Below are positions 1-7,784 of a DNA stretch of 15,606 nt, piece after piece. The notes under the pieces were generated by a model. The model had not been told where the DNA came from and did not search any database. It saw only the letters and a program-made list of their open reading frames with translations. Numbering within the stretch: position 1 is the stretch's first letter; every line of letters begins with the position of its first letter. The DNA is from an uncultured bacterium. Lineage in GTDB: Bacteria > Abyssobacteria > SURF-5. The stretch lies in contig CAZEBC010000091.1 of the NCBI GenBank assembly GCA_964510165.1, positions 1 through 15,606 of the forward strand, given 5' to 3'. The position numbers and the translations under genes were made by a program.

Positions 1-120
1 ATAGAGCGCACGCCGAGCGACGGCAAAGCCGCCCGCTTCACCGACCACTGCCTCCAGTGCTCCATCTGCGCCGATTATTGCATATACGGCGCCCTCGAGA
101 AAGTGGGGTCAAATCTTTAA
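1..120 (+). CDS. 4Fe-4S ferredoxin-type protein, 3' partial (runs in from window start)
   Basis: Frame 1 reads IERTPSDGKAARFTDHCLQCSICADYCIYGALEKVGSNL*, with a CxxCxxCxxxC-xxGAL ferredoxin motif; lies directly upstream of an AOR gene. Not in the supplied ORF track. Confidence 0.85.
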   Translation: MERTPSDGKAARFTDHCLQCSICADYCIYGALEKVGSNL

Positions 121-233
121 TCTTTAATCTGACATTTTACGGTCAGTCATAACTACATTGCTTTTAATTATTTGGGATTAAGGAAGCCATTTGGAAAAAG
201 GTCAAAGAGATTCAAGATTAAAGATTTGACCCC
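105..233. mobile_element. MITE/REPIN-like AT-rich non-autonomous element with terminal inverted repeats
   Basis: tggggtcaaatctttaatctt (104-124) is the exact reverse complement of aagattaaagatttgacccca (214-234); pairing continues imperfectly inward; interior is AT-rich in a GC-rich context; no coding capacity. Confidence 0.75.
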
Positions 234-251
234 AATAACGGAGATAAACCA

Positions 252-2144
252 GTGAGCTACTACGGTTACGCTGGCAAAATCCTCTTCCTGAACCTCTCTA
301 GCGGCAAGGTCGAAACCCGCCCGCTCGACATGGACGACGCCGCCCAATTCATTGGCGGACTCGGCCTCAACAACCGGCTCGCGTTCGATCTCATCGAGCC
401 GGGGACCGACCCGCTCGCGCCCGAAAACCCCATCATCCTCGGCGCGGGCCCGCTCATCGGCACGCTCACGCCCGGCGCCTCACGCGTCGTCGGCACATCC
501 AGGTTCCCGCTATCGGGCGCAATCTCGGCGGGCAGCGGCAGCATGACGTTCGGCTTCAACATGAAACGCGCCGGCTACGACAACATCGTCATCACCGGCT
601 CGTCCAACACGCCCGTCTACGTCCTCATCGAGGATGCCTCCGTCCGCATCCTCGACGCCTCCGACATCTGGGGCAGGGATAATTACGACGCCGTGGATGA
701 ACTCTGGCGTCGTCACGGGCGCACCTCCTCCATCTCCATCGGACAGGCGGGCGAAAACCTGGTCAAGTTCTCGATCGGCCTCATCGACAAGATGGCCACC
801 ATCGGCCGCGCGGGCTTTGGGGCGGTCATGGGCGCCAAAAGGCTGAAGGCCATCCTCGTGCGCGGCAGCGGCGGCATCCGCGTCGCCGACCCCAAGGGCT
901 TCATCCACGAGGTAAACCAGCTCTTCACACGCGCGCGCAAATTCAAGCATCACGCGGCCTCCGTCGCGTACGGCATCCTCAACGCGGGCGGCTCGTTCAT
1001 GCTCGGCGAAGAAGGCCCTTACGGCCTCGGGGCCTACACCCGCATCAAGAAGGACCGCATCGCGTGTCCCTCGTGCTTCATCGCCGACAAGGACGTGCTC
1101 GAAACGCCCGACGGCGAATTCGCCGGAATGAAGACCTACACACACAGCTTCGGCATGGTCGCCAACACCGCCTTGAAGGGACAGATAACCGACTGCGACC
1201 GCGCCACTCACATCGTCAACCTGCAAAACCGCTACGGCCTCGGCCAGCAGGAATTCGAGAGCCTGTTCGACCTCATCATCGAGGCCGCCCACGGCGGCGA
1301 CATCCGCGAGGACCAGTTCGGAAAGCTCCATCGCAATTACGAAACCATGCGCGATCTTGTCGAGACCATTACGTTCCGCAAGGGAGCGGGCGACATCCTT
1401 GCCGAGGGCTGGATCGCCACCGTCAAGGAGTTCGGGCTCGACCCCTCGCGCTACACCTCGCACGTCAAGGGACTCGGAACCCAGTTCGACCCGCGCGAGC
1501 GCGGCCTCGGCACCATGGAGTTCGAGCAGCTTGTCAATCCGCGCGGCGGACACCATCAGTCCGGCGGCTCGCCCTCGTACAACCAGGGCGCGCCCGTCGA
1601 GATGTTCGAGAAACACGCCGACCGCATGGGTGCGCCGCCCGACGCGCTCCGCCGGGTCATGGACAGTCCGCTTGGCTTCAACGTCGGCCGCTACACCCGC
1701 TACTCCGAGGACTGGTTCAGCTTGTTCGACTCGCTGGGCATATGCATTCGCAGCCAGAACAACCGCTTCTACAGCGCTGACATCTGCGCGCGCCTGTTCT
1801 CCACTGCCACAGGCATCGAGATGGACAAGCCCGCCATCATGCAGGCCGCCGAACGCGTGTGGAACCTCTACAAGATCCTCAACTGGCGCGAGGGCTTCGA
1901 CCGCAACGCCGACCAGCCGCCCGACAAATGGTTCGTGCCGCTCAAGGCCGCCGGCAGCGAGTTCGAGATGCGCGACTACTTCCAGACGCGCCCGCTCACC
2001 CGCGCCGACCTCCAGCAGTTCCTTGACGACTACTACGCCGAACGCGGCTGGGACCCAAAGACCGGCCTCCCGACACGCGAGAAATTGGAGGAACTCAACC
2101 TCGAGTTCGCCGTCAAAGACCTTGAAAAACGAAGATTACTGTGA
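252..2144 (+). CDS. Aldehyde:ferredoxin oxidoreductase family (tungsten oxidoreductase) protein, divergent
   Basis: N-terminal GYAGKILFLNLS, FIGGLGL, DPLAPENPII, IGQAGENLV, GRAGFGAVMGAKRLKAI, DPR, RGGHH, DSLGIC, and C-terminal YYAERGWDPKTGLPTREKLEELNL; GTG start with ggag SD at 240-243. Confidence 0.93.
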   Translation: MSYYGYAGKILFLNLSSGKVETRPLDMDDAAQFIGGLGLNNRLAFDLIEPGTDPLAPENPIILGAGPLIGTLTPGASRVVGTSRFPLSGAISAGSGSMTFGFNMKRAGYDNIVITGSSNTPVYVLIEDASVRILDASDIWGRDNYDAVDELWRRHGRTSSISIGQAGENLVKFSIGLIDKMATIGRAGFGAVMGAKRLKAILVRGSGGIRVADPKGFIHEVNQLFTRARKFKHHAASVAYGILNAGGSFMLGEEGPYGLGAYTRIKKDRIACPSCFIADKDVLETPDGEFAGMKTYTHSFGMVANTALKGQITDCDRATHIVNLQNRYGLGQQEFESLFDLIIEAAHGGDIREDQFGKLHRNYETMRDLVETITFRKGAGDILAEGWIATVKEFGLDPSRYTSHVKGLGTQFDPRERGLGTMEFEQLVNPRGGHHQSGGSPSYNQGAPVEMFEKHADRMGAPPDALRRVMDSPLGFNVGRYTRYSEDWFSLFDSLGICIRSQNNRFYSADICARLFSTATGIEMDKPAIMQAAERVWNLYKILNWREGFDRNADQPPDKWFVPLKAAGSEFEMRDYFQTRPLTRADLQQFLDDYYAERGWDPKTGLPTREKLEELNLEFAVKDLEKRRLL

Positions 2145-2253
2145 GGCGTCTCGTCAGATAACCGTGTGGGGACGAGCCTCATTCGCCCTCAATGACACAT
2201 AACAACGCATCCGAACCGTGAGGCTGCCCAGCTATCACTAGGAAACAAGTGAC

Positions 2254-2847
2254 ATGTTGATCGGGATGCTGTTTGCAATGGCGATCGTGATGCTGCTCTA
2301 CATCAGGCCGTCGTTCGACAATGTCTTTGTCGCCCTCGCGGTTTACGGCGGCCTCATCGTCGCGATGGTGCTTGCCTTTATCTATTCCGACAGACTCTCC
2401 GCCGGGATCGCGGCCTTCCTTCTCGGCAGCGGAAACGTCGGGAAAATCAAAGAGACCTATAGCCTCGCCGAGCGCTTCGAAATCGAACGCAATTTCAAGG
2501 GTGCCATCGAGATATATCGCAGAGCAATCGAGAGAGACAAAACATCCGTGGTCCCCAGGCTCAAGCTGGCCGACCTGTACTATCAGTTGAATGACTTCGA
2601 CAACTGCCTCGCCTGTTTGCAGCAAGCACTGAACCTCTCGTCCAGGCAGATGTCCGTATCGGAACGCTGCTCCCTCATGAATCGGATGGCCGATCTCTAT
2701 CTGCACAACAAGGCCGAGCCGGCGCAAGCCGTGGAGGTTCTCAGACGCCTCATCAAGGAACACCCCAAGAGCAAGTATGCCCTCTATGCCCGCGACCGCA
2801 TCATGAGCATAAAGGAACAATTCAAGGACCAGACCCCCGGGCAATAG
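2254..2847 (+). CDS. Membrane-anchored tetratricopeptide-repeat protein
   Basis: Two hydrophobic N-terminal segments followed by TPR-like helices (GAIEIYRRAIERD, LKLADLYYQLND...LQQAL, AVEVLRRLIKEHPKSKYA); agga SD near 2240. Confidence 0.8.
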   Translation: MLIGMLFAMAIVMLLYIRPSFDNVFVALAVYGGLIVAMVLAFIYSDRLSAGIAAFLLGSGNVGKIKETYSLAERFEIERNFKGAIEIYRRAIERDKTSVVPRLKLADLYYQLNDFDNCLACLQQALNLSSRQMSVSERCSLMNRMADLYLHNKAEPAQAVEVLRRLIKEHPKSKYALYARDRIMSIKEQFKDQTPGQ

Positions 2848-2881
2848 GCGTCTCACCCCCTTCTTTCTTGCCTTTATTTTA

Positions 2882-2910
2882 TTGACACCCCTCGGACGAG
2901 ATGCTAAAAT
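2882..2910 (+). promoter_or_regulatory. Sigma70-type promoter for the kinase/glycosylation cluster
   Basis: TTGACA (2882-2887), 17-nt spacer, TAAAAT (2905-2910) with extended -10 TG at 2902-2903. Confidence 0.8.
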
Positions 2911-2945
2911 GAACATGTCTCCCTAAGAAAAATCGAGGTTGACCC

Positions 2946-3800
2946 ATGCCAGAGGAAGGCTTTGTAGACAAACGGATAGAGGAGTACCGAATTCTGGCCG
3001 AGATCGGCCGCGGCGGCATGGGAATTGTCTACAAAGCGCTCGACGAGAAGCAGAACCTCCTTGTCGCGATAAAGGTGCTGCCCCCCGATTTTCTGGCGGA
3101 CAAACGCAAATCGCAATATCTCGACCACGAATTCAAGATCGCGCTCGAACTGCGGCATCCCAACATAATCCGTTTCCTCAGGCTCGTCAAGACTGCCGCC
3201 CCCAACGACAAAGTCAAACGGGGATTCCTTGTGATGGAATTGGTGGACGGCTGGAACATGCGCCGCCATATCCAGCAGCAGGACCTCAGCACGTTCCAGG
3301 CTCTCGACCTTGTGACCGCGATATGCAACGGACTCGGATTCATCCATGACCACGGCATCGTGCATGGCGACATGAAGCCCGAAAACATCCTCATCTCTCC
3401 TGCCGGCGCGGTGAAGATCGCCGATTTCGGCCTGTCTCAGGTTGACAGCTTCTTCCAACTGACCCGCGACAAGCTGCGCGGCACCAAGAGATACATGGCC
3501 CCCGAACAGCTCACCAGGAAGAAGGTGGACGTGCGCACCGACATCTATTCGCTGGGCGTATCCCTCTATGAATTGTTCACCGGGCAATCCCCTTATACCG
3601 GAAAGACCCAGGACGAGGTAACGCGCGAAATTGTGGACAGGCGGGTCAAGGCCACGCCTCCCTCAAAGATCAAGCCCAGCCTCCATCATTACCTCGACAG
3701 AGTGCTCATGAAGACCCTCGAGAAGAATCCCAAGGACAGGTACCACTCCGTGCTTGAACTGATGCTCGATCTCAAGCGAGTGGCCCGGGCACAAATCTAG
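2946..3800 (+). CDS. Hanks-type serine/threonine protein kinase, catalytic domain only
   Basis: GRGGMGIV loop, VAIK, HPNI, VMEL, HGDMKPEN, DFG, YMAPE, DIYSLG; gagg SD at 2936-2939; no TM segment. Confidence 0.95.
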   Translation: MPEEGFVDKRIEEYRILAEIGRGGMGIVYKALDEKQNLLVAIKVLPPDFLADKRKSQYLDHEFKIALELRHPNIIRFLRLVKTAAPNDKVKRGFLVMELVDGWNMRRHIQQQDLSTFQALDLVTAICNGLGFIHDHGIVHGDMKPENILISPAGAVKIADFGLSQVDSFFQLTRDKLRGTKRYMAPEQLTRKKVDVRTDIYSLGVSLYELFTGQSPYTGKTQDEVTREIVDRRVKATPPSKIKPSLHHYLDRVLMKTLEKNPKDRYHSVLELMLDLKRVARAQI

Positions 3801-4462
3801 TGAGCACACTCCGTAAACCCGACAAGTTTCAAACAGAGTACTGGGATTCAGGCATCAATTACCGTCCACCGTGGCATCCGGTCGTCAGGGCCTGTGTCAT
3901 CCCCAAGCTTGGTTTCATCAGGAAGAACGTGCCGATCACGAGGAAGACCCGCATCCTTGACGTGGGATCGGGCAATGGAACATATTCCTACCACCTCAGG
4001 GAACTGGCCGACTGCGTCGCCGTGGACTCCTCGCCCTCACTCCTCAGACAAAATCCCTGCAGGAAGGCGCTCGCCGACGCGATTCGCCTCCCTTTCAAAG
4101 ACGATATGTTCGACATAGTCCTCGCGGCCTGTCTGCTCCATCATGTGCCTGACCCCTTCGCGGTCGTGGCCGAGCTCAAGCGAGTGAGCCGCAGTCATGT
4201 CATCCTCATCGAGCCGAATCGGGCCAACCCTCCTCAAGCGCTGTTCTCCCTGCTTGTACGCGAGGAGCGAGGCGGGCTGCGGTTTTCGCGCGCGTTTCTC
4301 GCGCGCTGCGCCGAATCAAACGGCCTGCGGGTGACACACGCCTTGTCAACTGGTATGATATTTCCCAACAAGACGCCGCTCGCGGCAATCGGGTTATTGC
4401 GAATATTCGACCGAAATTTTCGCTTCGGCATGAATTCCATACTCATCGCTGAAAAACGATGA
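3800..4462 (+). CDS. Class I SAM-dependent methyltransferase
   Basis: ILDVGSGNG motif I, VAVDSS, ADAIRLPFKDDMFDIV, LLHH; GTG start shares base 3800 with the kinase TAG. Confidence 0.88.
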   Translation: MSTLRKPDKFQTEYWDSGINYRPPWHPVVRACVIPKLGFIRKNVPITRKTRILDVGSGNGTYSYHLRELADCVAVDSSPSLLRQNPCRKALADAIRLPFKDDMFDIVLAACLLHHVPDPFAVVAELKRVSRSHVILIEPNRANPPQALFSLLVREERGGLRFSRAFLARCAESNGLRVTHALSTGMIFPNKTPLAAIGLLRIFDRNFRFGMNSILIAEKR

Positions 4463-4486
4463 CAGGGGCTGTCCCGTAATTGATAA

Positions 4487-4504
4487 GTGCGAATTCATTT
4501 GCAC
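4487..4504. repeat. REP-like short palindrome
   Basis: gtgcgaat-tc-atttgcac (one G:T pair); a second small palindrome gacag-ggg-ctgtc lies at 4461-4473. Confidence 0.4.
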
Positions 4505-4553
4505 ACCAGCAAGCGAAAATGCTCGAAAAACCACGCGAGTGATGGAGAACCGG

Positions 4554-5273
4554 ATGCATTCGAGCAACTCCCTTATCATAATCCCGGCGTATAACGAGCA
4601 GGATTCCATCCGGGACGTGATCGGAAAATTGAAAGCAAACGCCGCAGACCTGGATTTTGTCGTGGTTGATGACGGCTCGGCCGACGCCACCGCTCTCGTC
4701 GCCGCTCAATGCGGCGCGCCGGTGCTGCGGCTTCCCTGCAATCTCGGTTATGCCCGCGCCGTCCAGACGGGGCTGAAGTACGCCCTACGAGGCGATTACG
4801 CGACGGTTGCTTTCCTCGATGGCGACGGCCAGCACAATCCCGAGGACGTAAAAAGACTTCTTGCCGCGCTCGAGCAACAGAAAGCGGATGTCGTTATCGG
4901 GTCCAGATTCTCCGGTCAGCGCAGGCTTACCGGGCCGCTCGGACGGCGGCTCGGCATGCGGCTTTTCTCTTGGGTCACCCGCATTGCGACGGGCACTCGC
5001 ATCTTCGACACCACATCCGGCCTCAAGGCCATGAACCGCCGCGCCTGCGAGGCCCTTGCCGCCGAACAGTTTGTGGATTTCCATGCCGAGGCGCTCGTCG
5101 CCCTCAGCTTCAAGGGGATGAAGATCGTGGAGATCCCCGTCGTGATGGCCGAACGCAAATCGGGCGTTTCCATGTATAATTGGCTGAGCCACGTGACGTA
5201 TCCGCTCAAGACGATGCTCCTGATAGTGATCTCGGTGTTCAGGGCGTACTTTGAAGGGAGGAACAAGAGGTGA
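4554..5273 (+). CDS. GT2 glycosyltransferase, polyprenyl-phosphate sugar synthase-like
   Basis: IIIPAYNE, VVDDGSAD, NLGY, FLDGDGQH, VIGSRF, DTTSG, R-x-x-G-x-S near the C-terminus. ATG 4554 chosen because of ggag at 4544-4547 (ORF is open from 4539). Confidence 0.92.
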   Translation: MHSSNSLIIIPAYNEQDSIRDVIGKLKANAADLDFVVVDDGSADATALVAAQCGAPVLRLPCNLGYARAVQTGLKYALRGDYATVAFLDGDGQHNPEDVKRLLAALEQQKADVVIGSRFSGQRRLTGPLGRRLGMRLFSWVTRIATGTRIFDTTSGLKAMNRRACEALAAEQFVDFHAEALVALSFKGMKIVEIPVVMAERKSGVSMYNWLSHVTYPLKTMLLIVISVFRAYFEGRNKR

Positions 5274-5635
5274 CTTCACCCGGCGCATTCATGGTCTGCT
5301 TGACAGCCGTCGCATTGGCGGCACTGGTGTTCCACCAACTCCTCAGGCATAGGCTCTATGTCGGCTATGCCGTCGCGTGGCTGCTCGTCATGGCGGGAGT
5401 CGTGTGCCTCACTGTCATTCCGCCGCTCAACCGGTTGACGTGCCGCGTCGCTGAATCGCTGTTTCCCTCGTTCTCGCTCACGATCATCTCTCTGGGATTT
5501 GTCACGCTCGTTCTCATCTATTTCTCCGTGCAACTCTCGATGCTGTCGGAGAGAGTGACCAGGATCGCGCAAAGTCTTGCCATTTCCAACCTCGAACATG
5601 AGATGGCATCGAAAGGCGGCATGCAAAACCAATGA
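5270..5635 (+). CDS. DUF2304-like small membrane protein (GacJ/Rv3632-like GT2 partner)
   Basis: 121 aa, three hydrophobic segments, YAVAWL, C-terminal SVQLSMLSERVTRIAQSLAI amphipathic tail; GTGA overlap with the GT2 gene. Confidence 0.78.
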   Translation: MTSPGAFMVCLTAVALAALVFHQLLRHRLYVGYAVAWLLVMAGVVCLTVIPPLNRLTCRVAESLFPSFSLTIISLGFVTLVLIYFSVQLSMLSERVTRIAQSLAISNLEHEMASKGGMQNQ

Positions 5636-7632
5636 GCGACAAGAGCAGAACCAACATTGTCCTCATCGCAGTCGCCTTGTACTGCGCTCTGAGCTGGGTG
5701 CTCATGCGCTCCGACTACTTCGCGCATGGCGGAAGAACACCCGTCACAGAACATTTCGCCCACCTCCTCTTCACGGCTGTACTTGTGCTGGGCATCGCCC
5801 TTTGGAAGGGCCGCTCCATCGAGTCGTTCATCGCGCGCATGTCTCTGCTCCCAAATCGAGACGCAATCGCAATCTTCGTGATCTTTGTGGCCCTGGCCTT
5901 CTCCATGATGGATTACCCGCGCAATCGCCCGTCGGTTACCCTGCTCTCGCTGGGTTTGATGGAGAGCACTCGTTCACTGGTCGAACGCATGTTTCTCGCG
6001 GGAGCCGCCGTGGCGCTGGCTGGCATAATAACACTGAACGCTCGTGCGCTCGCTGATTCTGTGCGCAACACGGGCGAACGGATACTTCTCCAACCACCGC
6101 GCGCCCGGTTTCTCCTGGCGGCCGCGCTGCTCATGTTCATCGAGACCAATGCCATTTCCTGGCTCCAGTTCCATCATGTTCCCGTGTGTTCGGACGAAGT
6201 GTGCTATCTCTTTCAGGCCAAGGTGTTTGCGGAGGGACGCCTGTGGGCCGACCCTCCCAAGTACCCCGAATTCATCAGTTTCGTGAGCTTCATCGTGACT
6301 GATTCCAAATGGTATTCCATTGTCGCCCCCGGTTTTCCCCTGGTGCTCGTGCCGGGTGTGCTCGTGGGAGCGCCATGGATCGTGAATCCGACGCTCGCGG
6401 CCCTCAGCGTCGCGCTCGTGTTCCTGGTTGCTCGGAGAATGTTCGACGAGCGAACGGCGCGCATTGCAGCGGCCTTGTACCTCGTATCGCCCTTTTTCCT
6501 CCTGCTTTCGTCGGTTCACCTCTCGCACACCGCGACCGCCTTCTTCTTCCTTCTGTTCCTCCTCTTGTTTCTCAAGGGACTGGACCGCGGAGGCTGGTAT
6601 CGGTTCGCGCTCGCAGGAGCGGCGCTCGGAGGAATGATGGCGACTCGCCCGCTGACGGGTCTTGCCGCCTCCGTCCCATGGGCGCTCTATACTCTTTGGC
6701 TCCTTGCAAGTCGGAAGCTTCGCCTCGCAAATGCCGCGCTGATGGCGATCGGGGTCGCCGTGCCGATGACTCTCGTACTTGCCTACAACAATGCAACCAC
6801 CGGTGACCCCTTCACCTTCGGCTATACTGCTCTGTATGGGACCGATTTCCGGCTGGGATTCGTGCAGGGGCCTCCCGAGTTGTCGTTCATTCGATTCAAG
6901 CACACACCGCTTCGCGGACTTATCAACCTCAACAATGGCTTCAGCTCGCTGAACTCGTATCTGTTCGGTTGGCCCATCCCCTCATTGGTTTTTGCGATGG
7001 TCCCCTTTGCAACTTCGTCAAGAAACAAGTGGGATTACCTCCTGCTCGCCCACCTGCTCTCGATCCCGGCGCTTTATTTCTTCTTCATCCATCAGGATTT
7101 CTTCATGGGGCCAAGATACTATTTCTCGGTCATTCCGGCGGCGCTCATATTGACCGCTCGCGGTTTAACACTTGCACCCGAACTCTGGCATCGGCTGGGA
7201 GGCTCGAATGATGAGCGGAAAGCGGCGTCATTCCTGGCGACTCTGATGCTTATCTGCATCGCGTTCAACGCGGCCTGGTTCTTTCCCGAAAGATTGCGGT
7301 TCTACCATATCTCCTCGCCTATTCATCAGGGTGTCACCGCGCCGCTTTGGCGACATCTGGACCCGGATAAGATCAAGAACGCGGTCATATTCATTAACGA
7401 CTTCCCGTTCTCGCTCGCGTATGGGACCGGCCTGTGGCGAAATGACCCTGACCTGAGCGGGAACATCATTTACGTGCGGGATTTGGGCCAGCACAACATA
7501 AAGATGATGGAGATCTACCCGGGCCGAAAGTACTATCGCTACATGGCGGTCACCAATACCTTTGAAGAGTTCGACCCGATTGCCCTGACGAGCGGCCCCA
7601 CCTGCCCGCCTTCCATCGGTTCTAACCCGTAA
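5632..7632 (+). CDS. GT-C fold multi-pass membrane glycosyltransferase (ArnT/PMT_2, GT39/GT83-like)
   Basis: Many TM segments; SDEVCYLFQAK (DE in first external loop, 6193-6198), PGFP, SPF...LSH, TRP, YNNATTGDP, GPRYY; soluble C-terminal domain; ATGA overlap with the upstream gene. Confidence 0.85.
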   Translation: MSDKSRTNIVLIAVALYCALSWVLMRSDYFAHGGRTPVTEHFAHLLFTAVLVLGIALWKGRSIESFIARMSLLPNRDAIAIFVIFVALAFSMMDYPRNRPSVTLLSLGLMESTRSLVERMFLAGAAVALAGIITLNARALADSVRNTGERILLQPPRARFLLAAALLMFIETNAISWLQFHHVPVCSDEVCYLFQAKVFAEGRLWADPPKYPEFISFVSFIVTDSKWYSIVAPGFPLVLVPGVLVGAPWIVNPTLAALSVALVFLVARRMFDERTARIAAALYLVSPFFLLLSSVHLSHTATAFFFLLFLLLFLKGLDRGGWYRFALAGAALGGMMATRPLTGLAASVPWALYTLWLLASRKLRLANAALMAIGVAVPMTLVLAYNNATTGDPFTFGYTALYGTDFRLGFVQGPPELSFIRFKHTPLRGLINLNNGFSSLNSYLFGWPIPSLVFAMVPFATSSRNKWDYLLLAHLLSIPALYFFFIHQDFFMGPRYYFSVIPAALILTARGLTLAPELWHRLGGSNDERKAASFLATLMLICIAFNAAWFFPERLRFYHISSPIHQGVTAPLWRHLDPDKIKNAVIFINDFPFSLAYGTGLWRNDPDLSGNIIYVRDLGQHNIKMMEIYPGRKYYRYMAVTNTFEEFDPIALTSGPTCPPSIGSNP

Positions 7633-7703
7633 CCTCTTGCGCGTCAATATGTTGGGTTTTTGGCTGCGCCCCACATGTCCCCTCTTTTATCCTCGTTTCT
7701 TCC

Positions 7704-7732
7704 TTGACAAAGATGCCTCATTATGCTAGATT
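7704..7732 (+). promoter_or_regulatory. Sigma70-type promoter of the ileS operon
   Basis: TTGACA (7704-7709), 17-nt spacer, TAGATT (7727-7732) with extended -10 TG at 7724-7725. Confidence 0.72.
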
Positions 7733-7784
7733 AATATGCTAAACAGATTTCAGACTTGTCGTGATTTGAAACGGTGAGACGCGA

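Noticed and set aside
105-233. Tn3-family assignment for the GGGG-ended element
   Set aside because: Flanks aaagt and aataa do not form the 5-bp duplication expected of Tn3 elements.
510-1616. 368-aa minus-strand ORF, plus the alternative + frame ORFs 1064-1780 and 1357-2202
   Set aside because: Shadow frames of the high-GC AOR gene; the + frames are Arg/Ser/Pro-rich and none has domain features.
2144-2854. aggcgtctc at the stop codons of both the AOR and TPR genes
   Set aside because: Only 9 bp and two copies; chance cannot be excluded.
7633-7784. Possible T-box leader before ileS
   Set aside because: The promoter leaves a leader of only about 45 nt, and no T-box (GGTGGNACC) sequence is present.
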